Source: Paraspadella gotoi
Taxonomy: Eukaryota; Animalia; Chaetognatha
DNA length: 64,000 nt
Direction of reading: 5' to 3'
Assembly: GCA_051294375.1 (NCBI GenBank)
Contig: JBJCIZ010000239.1
Coordinates: forward strand, 2,493,476 to 2,557,475
The notes below the pieces were generated by a model. That model ran no database searches and had not been told where the DNA came from. It saw only the letters and a list, made by a program, of their open reading frames with translations. Of this stretch, positions 11,298 to 24,200 are shown in pieces. Every line of letters begins with the position of its first letter. Positions within the stretch are counted from its first letter, which is position 1. The translations under genes and the position numbers were made by a program.

Positions 11298-12906
11298 GGT
11301 TCTAGTTGGTTGGCGACTTCGCCATAGCGATATCGCCAGGGCCCTGGCAATGTCGCCAGTACCCTTACTGGCGGCCTCGTTAGTGATAAAAGTAGCGAAT
11401 ATAATGAAAGGCGTGAGTTAGAGGAGAGGCTCGTGGCTGATGTTGAGACACGGGGATGAACGCATCACCCTCGGGCTAATCCCCCAACCCTAACTCGGAC
11501 CTCCTGTTCACCCCTTAACCTCACCGCCTTTGACATGTCAACCACGGGCCCCTCTCACAGCCCTAACCAGGCCTCCCATTCAACTCTGTGCCTCTCCCCC
11601 AACCCTAACCCGGGCCTCCCGTTCAACCCTCACCGCCTTTGACACATCAACCACGAGCCCCTCCCCCAACCCTAAACCGGGCCTCCCATTCTACTTCATG
11701 CCTCTCCCCTAACCCGGGCCTCTCGTACATCTCCATGTCTCAACCCTAACCGCCTTCGATGTGTCAATCACTGGCCCCAACCCTAAACCGGACCTCCCTT
11801 TCAACTCCGTTCCTCTCCCCTAACCCATGCCTGTGCCTCCCGTACATCTCCATGCCTCAACCCTAACTCTAACCACCTTTGACACATCACCCACAAGCCT
11901 CTCTCCCAACCCTAAACCAGGCATCCTGTTCAAGTCTGTGCCTCTCTCCCAACCCTAACCCTAAACCGGGCTTAGGTCTCCTGTACATTTCTGTGCCTCA
12001 ACCCTAATCCCTAAGTCCAACGGTAGTACCTTCCCTAACCCTAACGCAGGCCTTCTGTTCATCAACAACACCCTCCATATCCTTAACCCTAAAATTAACA
12101 TTAACCCTAAAATGAACTTCACTTAACCCTAGCCCTAAACTAATCAACCCTAACCCTAAACTATTACCAACTCAACCCTAAACCAACTCAACTCTAACCC
12201 TAACCCATCTCTAACCATAATCTGAGTTTAGTTTAGGCGAATTCGCCATAACTAGAAAGCTAGATGTAGTTCACAGCTAAATCGCGAGGGCATCATGGCT
12301 AAGTCACAATTTGGCGATTTCACACTGAATTACATCTCGGTTAGGGTTAGGGTTGAGGTATGGGAGGCTCGAACCTGGGTTAGAGGAGAGGCACGAAGTT
12401 GAATGGGTGGCCTGGTTTAGGGTTGCGGGAGGGGCCCATGGTTGACGCATTGAAGGCAGTTAGGGTTAGATACATGGAGATGTACAGGAGGCCCGGGGTT
12501 AGGGGAGAGGCACGGAGTTGAACGGGAGGCCTGGTTTGGGGGTGTGGCCCGTGGTTGACGTGTCAAAGGCAGTTAGGGTTGAACCGGAGGCCCGGGTTAT
12601 GGTTGGGGGAGAGGCATGGAGTTGAATGGGAGGCCTGGTTTAGGGTTAGGGTTGTGAGAGGGGCCCGTGGTTGACGTGTTGAAGGCGGTTAGGGTTGAAC
12701 AGGAGGTCCGGGTTAGGGTTGGGGGAAGAGCCCGTGGGTGATGCCTTCATCCCTGTCTCAACATCAGCCGCGAGCCTGTCCTCTAACTCGCGCCTTTCAT
12801 TATATTCGCTACTCTTATCACTAGCGAGGTCGCCAGTGGGGGTACTGGCGACATCGTCAGGGCCCTGGCGATATCGCCATGGCGAAGTCGCTAACCAACT
12901 AGAACC
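11298..12906. mobile_element. Foldback (long inverted-repeat) non-autonomous element with telomere-like CCCTAA/TTAGGG subrepeats
   Basis: The left end GGTTCTAGTTGGTTGGCGACTTCGCC matches the reverse complement of the right end GGCGAAGTCGCTAACCAACTAGAACC. The arms stay alignable for several hundred bp; the left arm is CCCTAA-rich and the right arm TTAGGG-rich. No transposase ORF. Confidence 0.8.
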
Positions 12907-13087
12907 TCAATTCAGTTAGGAAAATTGTTTTAACTTCTTTTCCAATTCAGATTTAGCTAAAAATGTGTACAGGTCGTGCAACTGTTTCGTCAAAGTTTTA
13001 TATATTTAAATAAGTGGCATTCTGAAATTCAACTAGAAGAGAACTTCTGTTTACAAAAACAGCTTCACGGCCCAGTACAAACAAATA

Positions 13088-13448
13088 TAATTTGACGCTC
13101 GCTCAAGCATTATAAGTAAAACGTTTCATGTTTACGATTAAGGAAAAACAATTTTAATGGTGTCCTTTTCTCTTTTAATGGTTAAAAGGATTTTACCGGT
13201 GTGCTTTTCTCTTTTCTCTTTTCTCTTTTTACGCCCCTGAAATTCGGCGCAAGTCTCAAAAGGTTCAGTTTCCCCTGGGTTTTCAAAAAGGACAGGATAG
13301 GTTTCCCTTTTTTATTTATTTGATATTCTTACCGTCTTCTTGCCTCTCCTCCCGATGGATGAGTTCCAGTCAACATTTTTTTTGTCGATTTCTGTACTTA
13401 TAAGTTTTTTCTTGGTCGTAAATAAATTTTTGTGCGAGCGTCAAATTA
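13088..13448. mobile_element. MITE, about 360 bp
   Basis: Terminal inverted repeat TAATTTGACGCTCGC(T/A)CAA with 18 of 19 positions matching; no coding capacity. Confidence 0.6.
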
Positions 13449-14074
13449 ATCGATCCGTTATATATTTTTTTCGTTGTCAAAACATTTTTACAATAAGCAA
13501 AACTATTTAGACACAAACAGAAATAGCATTTTAAAAATGTGCTAAATGCCAGTGTATGCTACGAGTTTCAATTTGTGAAATGAAACTACGTATTTTATCA
13601 TTCAAATCAATTCAATAAACCTCTTTAGTTTGCAATCTTACTGCCCGAATGAAATTTCGTCTAAGCGAATTGTTGTTGCTGACTTATGCCTTCTTCGGCA
13701 TAGTTGTTTTAGCTTTAGTTGTCACTTAGTACGTGACACGGTATCTTTTTGACGATTTCTTTGCGCGATGCCGATCAGTTTTCTTCATCATTGATTATCT
13801 TTTTGTTGATCAACTAATTCTTTCTGATTGCAATTTAAAATCTCCCCATAACAAGCGATACCTTCTCCCCAGCGACGTGGTCCTTTCAAGTTTGCGATAT
13901 ACTTCCCACTTTGTTTGAATTAGCAAATTTACGTCTCAGATGTAAGCTAACGAATTTTTCACTAACAAATTTTTTTGACAGTACAGAGCTGTGCCAAACG
14001 TCAGTCGAGCACAAATGCCTATTATGCCGGACAAGAGACTCAAAAAACGTGCAAAATTTGATTTATGACAAATA

Positions 14075-16511
14075 ATGAATCCTTTCATCCAAATCTCAAC
14101 GAGGATTCGCAATCTTTTTAGGATCGCGAAACAAAACGACGTTGCGATCGGTAAAGTGGATTTAATCCTTTCCAAAACGCATCAACAAATAACATTTAAA
14201 ACCAATATTTTAATCCCTTTTCAGGACTATGTTACGGGTCTTTGGCCTTTTTCCTCTCCATCCTCCACAACATCTTCGTTCTTTATCACGTGGAAACATT
14301 CGTCTCGATTTATAAAATCGATAAAACGTCCTTCTGGATCGGGGAGACTGTCTTCCTGGTGTGGAATTGCGTTAACGACCCCATCTTCGGATGGTTCAGC
14401 GACAGAGACTACTTGAACAGCGGGACTTCGACGTCCAAAGACGCCGACGACGACGTCGTGCTGGCCCGCCTTCGGACGTTGATGTGGAGCGGGCCGTGCT
14501 TCGCCGTCTCCTTCGCCGTCTTGTGGACGCGATGGGGATATCCCTCGGTTCAGTTCGTGTTCTGTCTTTGTCTCTACGACGGATTTCTCACGCTCATCGA
14601 CTTGCATCATTCGGCTCTGCTCGCCGATCTTCACGTCTCCAACGAGGAGAGGACCAAGCTCAACTCTTATTGCTCAGTCTTCAGCGGTCTTGGCTCAGTT
14701 TCTGGTTAGCACTATTCGATAAGACCCTTTTTTGGTTTCCCTCTTTTTGTTTTTATCTGCGGATTGTTTATTTCTAGATATTGTAGGGGAAAAAAATAGC
14801 GTTGATGAAAAAGGTTTTATAATATTTATACCAGGTTTTATAATTTAGTTCATGGGTTATCGACGTTTCATTATGAATAGGGAAAGAGGAGGAAAATGGG
14901 GAAAAATAGTTTAACAATACGTTATTGTATCGTTGTTCATCTCTATTGCTATTTATAAATGTTTAAACGTCAGAAGCGTATGTTTTTTTTTTTTGTTTTT
15001 TTTTTGTTTGTTTTTTTCCATTTAACATTTCACCCCTTTTTAGTTTTCGGGTCCTACGTCTTTTGGAGCCGCGAGGAAATCTCCGCTTTTCGTCCTTACT
15101 GCTTCGTCCTGGCCGCCGTCGCCTTCGTCGGATTCAGCGTCGTTTGCCTCTTTTTCCGTTCGTTGATTAAAACTCGTCGGTTGTCGCCCTCGTCTTTCAA
15201 ACTTTATCCAGTCACCGACGGAATCCTCGAATCGTCCGCAGGTTCGGACGACGTCGCTCGCTCCGAATCCTTTTCCAGAAAAGCGAGCGCAGATCAAACT
15301 CCTTCCCTTCGTCGGTGTCCCAGTTCGCGTTCTTCTTCGATTTCTTCTCAATCGTCGCACGATTCCCAATTGGAAAAGCCCCTCGCGCCCTCTTCTTCTT
15401 CTTTTTCTTCTTCGTCTTCGTCTTCCCCGCGCCAATTCCTCCTTCAACTTTCGCGCCATCGCAACTTTCTCTGGTTCTCCGCCATGAACGTTCTGCAATG
15501 TTTGCACTGTCACTTCAACTCCAACTTCTTCCCGCTCTTCATGGACGCGCTGTTGGGCGACCGAATTTCTCCTCGCTCCTGCTCCTTCTTGCTCGGGCTC
15601 TCCTTCGTAGTCCCTCACGTGAATAACCTCTACTTTTTGACTCTTTGTCGTCGACTCGGCGCCTACGGCGTCATTCGTCGTCTATTTTATCTCAAAATTC
15701 TCCTCGGCGTCGCCATGTTGACATTTTGGACTCCGGACGACACGTGGATGCTCTGCGCCTTTCTCGCGTGCAATCGCGTCTTCACCGAGGGCACGTGCAA
15801 GCTTCTCAATCTCGTCGTCTCGGATTTGGTCGACGAGGATCGCGTTATCAACGCGCGGCGCCAAAACGCCGCCGCGCTCATATTTGGCTCGGCGGCGTTC
15901 TTTTCGAAGCCGGGTCAAACGCTGGCGCCGCTCATCGGCACTTGGCTTATCGGGGTGCAGACGGGAAACGACGTCTTCGCGGCCGAAGGAGAATGGAGCG
16001 TCCAGACCGAATCGGAAGTAAGAAATCGATTGATAAATACTAAATTTTAGTATTCGAATATTTAAATGTTTATTATATACAATATTGGTTGTACTGATTT
16101 CATACAATTTATTAAAATTACAAGATTGTTTGTTATTATAAATTTTCAAGATTTTAAAAGGTATATTTTTAAATTTTAAAAAAAAAATTTAAATGTTATA
16201 TATTATATTGGTTGTACCAATTTCATAATATTAATTTTTAAGTACATTTTAAGATTATAAATATTAAATTAATTTTATTAACTTTGAATTTTAAGTATAT
16301 TAATTATCATTTTGCCCCCCTTTTTTTCGCCCAGATGCAATCGATGGAGACTCGGGCAGGGATTTTCCAGATACTCGTTTACCTCCCGATCGTCATCGCT
16401 TCGGTGCAAATATTTTGCTGGTCAAAATTTTCTTTGCACGGAAATCGATTGAACGAAGTTAAGAGAATCAGACGAGAGTCGTCCGGCAATTTCGACTCTT
16501 GCGTGATTTGA
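14075..16511 (+). CDS. MFSD13A: MFS-type transporter MFSD13A/TMEM180, exons 14075-14150, 14225-14704, 15044-16017, 16335-16511
   Basis: Motifs [114 protein letters not shown] and KPGQTLAP, typical of TMEM180. Confidence 0.9.
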
Positions 16512-18297
16512 ATTGTGTGACTAACTTATTGCAATGTACCCCAAAAAAAAATATATACGCGTATGAACTCCAGCATCTCTATTAGGTCACAGATTTTTAT
16601 TTTTACTCAGTACCCACCCCATATAATGTTCTCGAGTTGGTCGTTCGTCGTGACGCCGGTTAATTCTTGTTCAGTGTTTAATGTTAATGTATTCGTTTGT
16701 GTGAATGGCGAATCCTCGAAAGGATCGATTTGTGTTTTTTTTTTTACACTGTGATTGTTATATACAAGTTATTGTATAATTTCTTTATGAACCGAACGTT
16801 TCGAAAGCCTCTACCTGAAATACGTCAGCATTCCTCATTTGCCTTATTTTTAGAGCTGCTATCATTAATATCGATCCGTTTCGTCCAAAGGAAAGTTTTC
16901 TAAGAAACAACAACAACCAAATGCTTTCGGTGTATGCGATGAATATTTTAACGAATTTCGTCGTTGAAGCTAATATATACCTAATACCTAATGTCTAGGT
17001 GAAAATTGTTATTAAATTTTTTACTGCAAATGTTTGAATGACGAGTTGTTCATTTGGATTCAAAATCTCAATAAAAAATGTCAACAGAATCAAATCAATA
17101 ACCATATCATTTGCTTGATCGCGCTAAATTGTGGTGATAGTTTAGACAGAGCAGTTCATAACAAAATCAGTTTGAAGTATGTATGTATTGACGTTTAAGA
17201 CGCTCAGCGCTGAGACGAGCTCGCCTATCGTGTATATATTTTGAAAATGAGTTTTAATAACTGAAAAAAAGACGATTTTAAATCAAAGTTGAACGCGATT
17301 TTTTACTTTTCTTTGTACATATAAGTGACACGTACTGAAAGTTTCGCCCGAGTCAGCAACGGATAGACGATGAAATCGTTATAACGAATCTTAGTCGAAG
17401 ATGCTTTTCGAAGTAATGTAACTGTCAAGTGGTTGATTCGTTCAAGACACGATTTGGTCGTTGTCGTTATCAGATGAGCTTCTACACGGTTTCTGATCAA
17501 GCCATGAAATTACAAGTAGGGGGTGGGAATTCCGTTGCTTAAGAGGCGTATTGTGTATGAAGTCTTGGAAATAAGTAAAAAAAGGTAAAAACCTGATTTA
17601 ATTTGTGCGTATTTCACGCTTTTTTCATATTCATTTTCCAAATTAAATGTAATAAAAAATAAATTAAATAATCTTTGCCTCCAAGACTCATAAACCAAGT
17701 ACGTTCTCTCCTTATGGTCTCTCTTCGCACCCGCATCAGATCGCGACCAGGAAACAAAAAATCGTCATGGCAACCGGTGATAGGCGCGCGCGCGTGAGAG
17801 AGATGGAGAGAAAGAAAGAGTGAAGACCGGGCTCCGCGAGGAAGTAGTTGCCACAGGTCGCGACGATCTCCCGGGAAGAAGACGAAGAAGAACTCGCTCG
17901 CCCTCCACCCGAAATTTTTCTCCGCCGAAGAATTTTGACCTACGGATATAAGAAAAAAAAATCCCAAAACTCTTGACCACGCCCACGTTATAAAGGGGGC
18001 GGGAGTCGCGGGGATTTTCTCTTAAAACCCCTTTGAGATTCCGAACGACATTTTTATTTTTGAGTCGCGGGAAACGATCTCGGCGGGCACACACAAACAC
18101 GAAAATATGTGGTGAAATAAAAAGAAAAAAGAATCTCGACTTTTTTTTTCTCTCTCTTCGGTTTCGCGATTTGTTTATATACAAAAATCCCAAGGAAAAA
18201 TCTGTCGCCGTCGGAATTCGTTTTTTGTTTATGAATGGAGAAAAAAGAAAAAGATTTTCTACTCTTTTTTTTCATTTTTAATATCAAATAAGAGAAA

Positions 18298-21200
18298 ATG
18301 ACGACGAGAGCGGCGACCTGTAAGTGTGTGAAAAATTCGGGGGGTAGTTGACGGTGTGATATCTTTGGCATTATTGAAAGTGAATTTAATCTAATTCGAG
18401 TATTGCCTATTAGTTGTGCGATAAATTTAAAAATAAATGAATTTACCAAGAGTAAAAAACCATAATATCTATGGGCTTAAATTAAAATTTTAAGTAATGA
18501 AAATAATATTTACGCGAGTCACGATTTGCGAACGATTGAGTGCTCATCGTGTTTCTTGTTTTTCTGATGACGCCACTAAAATAAGCAAATAATAAAGTGT
18601 GAATGTGGCCTCAGTGAAGTCCCTTTTAAGTCTTTGTATATTTTTTTCTCTCCAAGTTTCGGCGAAAATTCGAAGCCTCGTGGATTACGTCCACCGAGTC
18701 AACCACAACGTGACGCCGCTGCCAACAGGCGCTGACATTTGCAACACGCTCAAGTACTTTTCCGTCACGCTGCTCGGGTGAGAAAAAAAAAATTGGCGTG
18801 GAGACTTCTCGGAATCAGTTCGTACGAGTTTGCGGGTATACACAGCGGGTTCTTCACTCAGTGTAGATAAAAGACGATGCGCCAGTGTTACTGTTAGGGG
18901 GCGAATCCTGCGTGACCAAAGGATTGTCGCCGAGAGTCAAGGCCTGGCAGAAAGTCTCGCTCCAACCAGGGAATGATTGATCACGGGCGGCCGTGCATTG
19001 ACAGTGTACCCTGGAATCTTCACTAATAGATCAGAAGAGAAACACAATGATCAAGAACCACATAACCTATCAGTAACCCAACACCTCTCCTATAATCATT
19101 TATTACTCATGATAGCTGAAAAGGAAAGGCAATGAATAATAAATATCAATCGATGAATAATAAATGAACAGACACGTGAAATGTTTTATTTGTCAATGAA
19201 TAAATATGAATAAAAGTCCGATGATGAATCTTCACGAAAGTTTCTTTCCAACATGTAAGTTAAGGGATGATAACTAACCAAAAAAAATTGACATTAACCC
19301 TTGGTGAAATTAGGCAGCTCTCGACAAGAGAGCCAAGGCCCTTGACATTCCCACATTCCCTTCACATTCCCACATTCCCTTGACAATGGAATGTGTTCGT
19401 CCATTCACTGCCATTTGTTTGATGTAGATGTCAAGAAAGAAAAGAGGGAGCTGAACTCTGGACAGTATTTCGTTCAAAAACAAAAGGTACTGAGACAATC
19501 GCTGTTAACCTGTTAAATATACCTTTGGACGCTGTTTATGTTAATTTTTTCGGAGATCATCCTGAAGTATAAAGGAAGTATTAAGAAAATCTCTTTACAA
19601 AATCAAGTCCAAAGGTCAACCTATGCAATCAGTCATATTTCTCACTCAGCGTGCTAAAAGATGTGCCAGTTCCGCCACCGGATCAAAGAGAGCGGGCCAA
19701 GCGAGACGTGGACCGGCTGGCCGCCTTCCCCAACCTCTCCTACGCCGACCTCTACTCCGCCCTACACTCCACCATGGAGGTCGTACCCCGCGTCTTGCAG
19801 GTGGGGAGAAAATTGGGTAGGTGATGCATGGTCTTCAGGGTAAGCGAGACTGAGTAACGTTGGGGATATGTTACTATTGTTACTTCGGTCTTGAGCATTG
19901 TAAAATTTTTATATATTTAGAATAAATAACAATACCTAACATCAACCTTTAAAATACAACTGTTCGACTCTAAAACTCGCCCTTTCCATGCCCTTTCCAT
20001 GCCCTTCAGGGTCAGGAGCCTCTCGGTCGCGCCGTTCTTCACAACCTGGCCTGCCTCGTGCCCTTCCTGACCCACGACCTGCGCGAATCTCTGCCCTATA
20101 CCGTGGCTTCTCTCTTGGCCACCTTTCCCGCTTGCCTGCATCCTGAGATCATCGACCTGCTCTGTTCCAACCTCTTGCCGGTCATACTCGGTAAGTGTTT
20201 TTCATGCTAACATTTTATCTTATGAAATTGGCCGTGAAGTATTTGCTGATATGACAAATTTTCCATTCAAGTTATCTTTCTTCCTTTCTTTGGACTTGAG
20301 GTTTCGGCCGCTACCCCTCTTACTAGATTTAATTACTTGACAAAAACCCTGCAAATTGTCAATAAGGACTCCTTCATAGTCAGTCTTGTTCAGTAATTCC
20401 CCAGAGTATTTATCTTTATGCTCGTATCGGCAGCTTTGTGTCTCTTTGACTTTCCCGAACGCCCCCGCAGGTGGGATGGACGGACTGGAGCCCGATACAT
20501 ACGTGAGCGCCTCAGTCCCAGCCATCATCATGATGGTGTTTCAGTATGTTACCAATCCGGGTTTTCACTCTCAGCTCATTGAGTGCATCATGGGTCTTAA
20601 GAAAAACGTTTTCAAGGTAAAAATATTTTGCGCCGCAGTGAATAAGTTTGTGAAAAGTCGCGCGACTATAATTAAAAAAAAAAATTGCCATTTTGCTGGG
20701 CCAAAGATTTAATTGAGTTTTACAGAGGTAAATTATTTTAACAATAAGATGTTTTCGTTAGGAGTTAATTTCTTTCGAACTTATAAAAATTTTTATTATC
20801 AATTTAATGACGCTAAAAATAGTTTATAAAATATTGCAGATATAACAGGGTGATATCTCATTTGAGATAATCCACTACTACACAGATGACTCGACTTATC
20901 CTTTCTGCAGGACTTGCTGATTGTGATAGCTCACGGAACTCATTCTGCGCGGCTCCCAGCAGCGAATCTCCTTTTTCATTACTGGCCCTCACTCAATCCA
21001 TCTCTCTTCGACAAGAGAGGCATTCACTACAAATATATGGGTGAGTCCTTTTTATTTTCCAATCAAATCGTTTTTGTTGTAATCTAGAGTTTTTGTTGTT
21101 TTTTGTTTGGTTTTGGTGGCCCAAATAAAAAACAAACAATTGTTTACCCCCTTTCGCTAACTTGTAGAAAGTGTGACTCAAAGTTTAGAACTGCACTTTT

Positions 21201-24200
21201 ACTTAAAGCGCCTTTCTTTACAGATAAGTTAGTGGGTCCTTAACAATTGCAATGCTTTTTATGAGGCCGCTTAACTACAGATATTTATACTTACTGGCGT
21301 TTGGAGGTTGTTATTTAATGCCTGCCTGTCTTTAGACCTATCGATAGTGCTGGACTTCTGGTGGTGGTCCTAAAAAAAAAAATCTATTTCGAATTTACTT
21401 TCAATTTCGGTTCTTTTGACAAAACTCATCAATGTGCACGCGAAACTATTGCACTGTTGATATAATTTAGAAACGCTTTCAACAAACACCCGTTTTGTTC
21501 TCAATTTGACGTAAATCTTAGGTTATCGCTTCGTTGGTAAGAATTCTTTCTTTTATGTAGTCGTCCCGCAGAATTGTTCGTAATCGACATCGGTCCGCAC
21601 AAAATCCCATGTACGATTCCGAAACGAAATCTCCAGTACCATTCGCACTGTTCCCATTAACCCCCATTTTTTTTAAGTAGTTGGACCTGTTCCCCTTATC
21701 ATTTGATTTTTTTTTTTCTTTTGAGAAATGTCAAAATTTTTCAGTCGTCTCTCGTATATTTCTTCAGCTCTTGATGTATTAATACCCCATCCCTTTATCG
21801 GATTACAGACAACTACATCTGTATGTCCGCGTTTCATAGTCGCAATGATTTTTACTATTCGATCACTATCGTTAAAATTAATATAGTTGTGAATCCTTTA
21901 TAATATATTTGTGATTCTCTTCATGTTATCCTTTGTGTATTTTAATATTTTTCAAAGAAATTTAAAGGCAAATATGATGCATGATTTTAACAATAACAAT
22001 CTGTAAACGATATAAAATGAACATAAAAATCATGCTACCGAGTATCTATTATTCATTTATTAAAAAATCCTTAAAAATGTGACAAATTTAAGTTAATACT
22101 TGATAATATAATTTTGGATTTAAAACCGCTTTGCGGTTAAAATTTGCGAAATGATTCTGTTTATAAAAAGGAAAACTAACAAACTAACGAAACCTAAAAG
22201 TGTCTATTGACTCTCTCGCTGCGATTAGGACTCCCTTTCACGAGCGTGAAATATACCTTTTTCTTTGTTGTTTTGTGACTAATTTTACGGGCATGAAGGA
22301 GATGGTGGTCAAAAAGATTTCTCTCTTGAAAAACATACTAATGTTTAACTGATTAATAATCATCAGACTACTACTGTTGGTGATTTTTTTTTGTTTTTCT
22401 TTTTTGAGCAAGAAAGCTATTAATATACAATCATCAATCACCCGCACGTTTTTCATCGAAAGAATGCTTTAATATTTTAGTCCGAAAAATTAGTAACCAA
22501 ATATAAGTAATCTTTTTATAGTTTCAATCTAATTTTGAAAAAAATAATATTAGTGATGTGTATAAAACCTACGGGCATGATGACCGAGAGCTCTGTATTG
22601 AACAGTATTCGATATTCACGAGGAAAGAGGAAATCGGTATCATTCTCGACGAATGAACTTGGTCTCCTTAATAACTGCCACAGAATAATCAATTCAATCA
22701 ATACTATTGGCAATAGCCCCTAATGGCCTTATCCTAACATTCTCGATAACATTCTTAATAACCAATCGGTCAATCAGGTATAAACGCGCGAATAAAAGTA
22801 GTAAAAAGATGAAAGGGTTTTTTTTTTTTTTTTTTTTTTGCATCAATTCTAATATCGAAACAACATTGTCTTTGTTTGCTCGTCGTCTCGTCCTATTACG
22901 GTGACAGTCGCGCTCGGGTTTAACGAAATAATTTGATATATCTTCTTAACAAGTAAATATTTTAAAAACGATGATGAATCGTTGTATGTTGTATCCAGAA
23001 GGCTATATAATAGTATATATATCGTATAGTGTATTAATTCGTTAAAGCGTGCTCGAACTGTAGCAAGAAGTGCCGAAAGTCAGGGCTACGTATTTACGGA
23101 AAAAAATCTGACACAATAAACCTTACATATCGTCGAGTCCACGTTTTCGTCTTGTAAGTTCTACGTTGGGATACGTATTCTTCCAAAAATAATTTAATAT
23201 AAATGAGATAAAAAAATGATATTTGTTTACTTATTTCAGGCTGGCGACCAAATCCGTGCCAAAGGGATCGATGCGTGGGAGGCATCGATGACAAAAGCGC
23301 CGTTAAGGTTTAGTTTGCTACCAAAAAAAAAGTGTGATGTTTTATTTTTAGCGATTGATTAATTTTTTTATATTTTCCTAACTTAAGATTTAAGACTTAA
23401 GATTTAGTTCTCACGGCGATGACTGTGATAAGGAAAAAAGCGATAAAATTTCCAGATGTGCATCGACGCCGGATTAGCCAAGGAATCGTCGGAAAAGCCA
23501 CCGCCCGTCTACTTGTGCCACGCCTGCTGTCAGGAACTAATTCAGAAAGAGTGCGGCCCTTACCTTAAGGACATTTTGCTCCCGATGGACTCCGTCGCGC
23601 TGCAGTGCGAAGATAAGGTGTTGTGCCGGACAAATATTTGAAAAAATGAATTGATTAATAAATGACCCTAAAAAAACCATTCGTTTACGATCGTGAATTC
23701 GATTAACAGCAGCTTGACTTATTAGACGTCTACTCATCAACGAATTTTGTTCCTCCCACCACTTTTCAGTATTGTTTAAGCTCCAACAAGACGGCCGTGT
23801 GCACTTGCTTCAGTCTCGCCTGCGCGCGCTACAACGCCAACCGACCCGTGCGCTACTGCGCCCAGTGTCACGCGCGCCATCACGTCTCCCTGGACGCGGG
23901 ACGGAAACACGTTTATCAGACGCGCGTCACCAACGCTTGGGCTTGTGACGTCGACACTACTACTTATTTGGTGGAGGCCATCGTCAGGTGAGGGACTGAG
24001 ATCAGAAAGAAAATTAAAAATTATAAAAAGAAACTGAAAAAAAAAAAAAAATTAAAGAAATAAAGGGGGGAAAAAGATTTAAAAAAAGATTGTGAAGGAA
24101 TAAGATGAAATTTTTTTTACAAAAATGGAAGAAAAGAATAAAAAAAAGGAAAGAAAATGAAATAATATATATGGTCATTGGTCAGGTAAGATTTAAAAAA

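Noticed and set aside
11900-12240. True telomere or telomere-fusion site
   Set aside because: Repeats are degenerate, embedded in complex subrepeats and bounded by terminal inverted repeats. The CCCTAA-then-TTAGGG order is the opposite of an end-to-end fusion.
18840-18915. HDV-like ribozyme suggested by GCGAAT plus a possible P2 helix
   Set aside because: No convincing P1, P3 or P1.1 could be built.
19310-19430. Alternative UNC-79 exon at the position of the vertebrate N-terminal insert
   Set aside because: In-phase readings hit stop codons.
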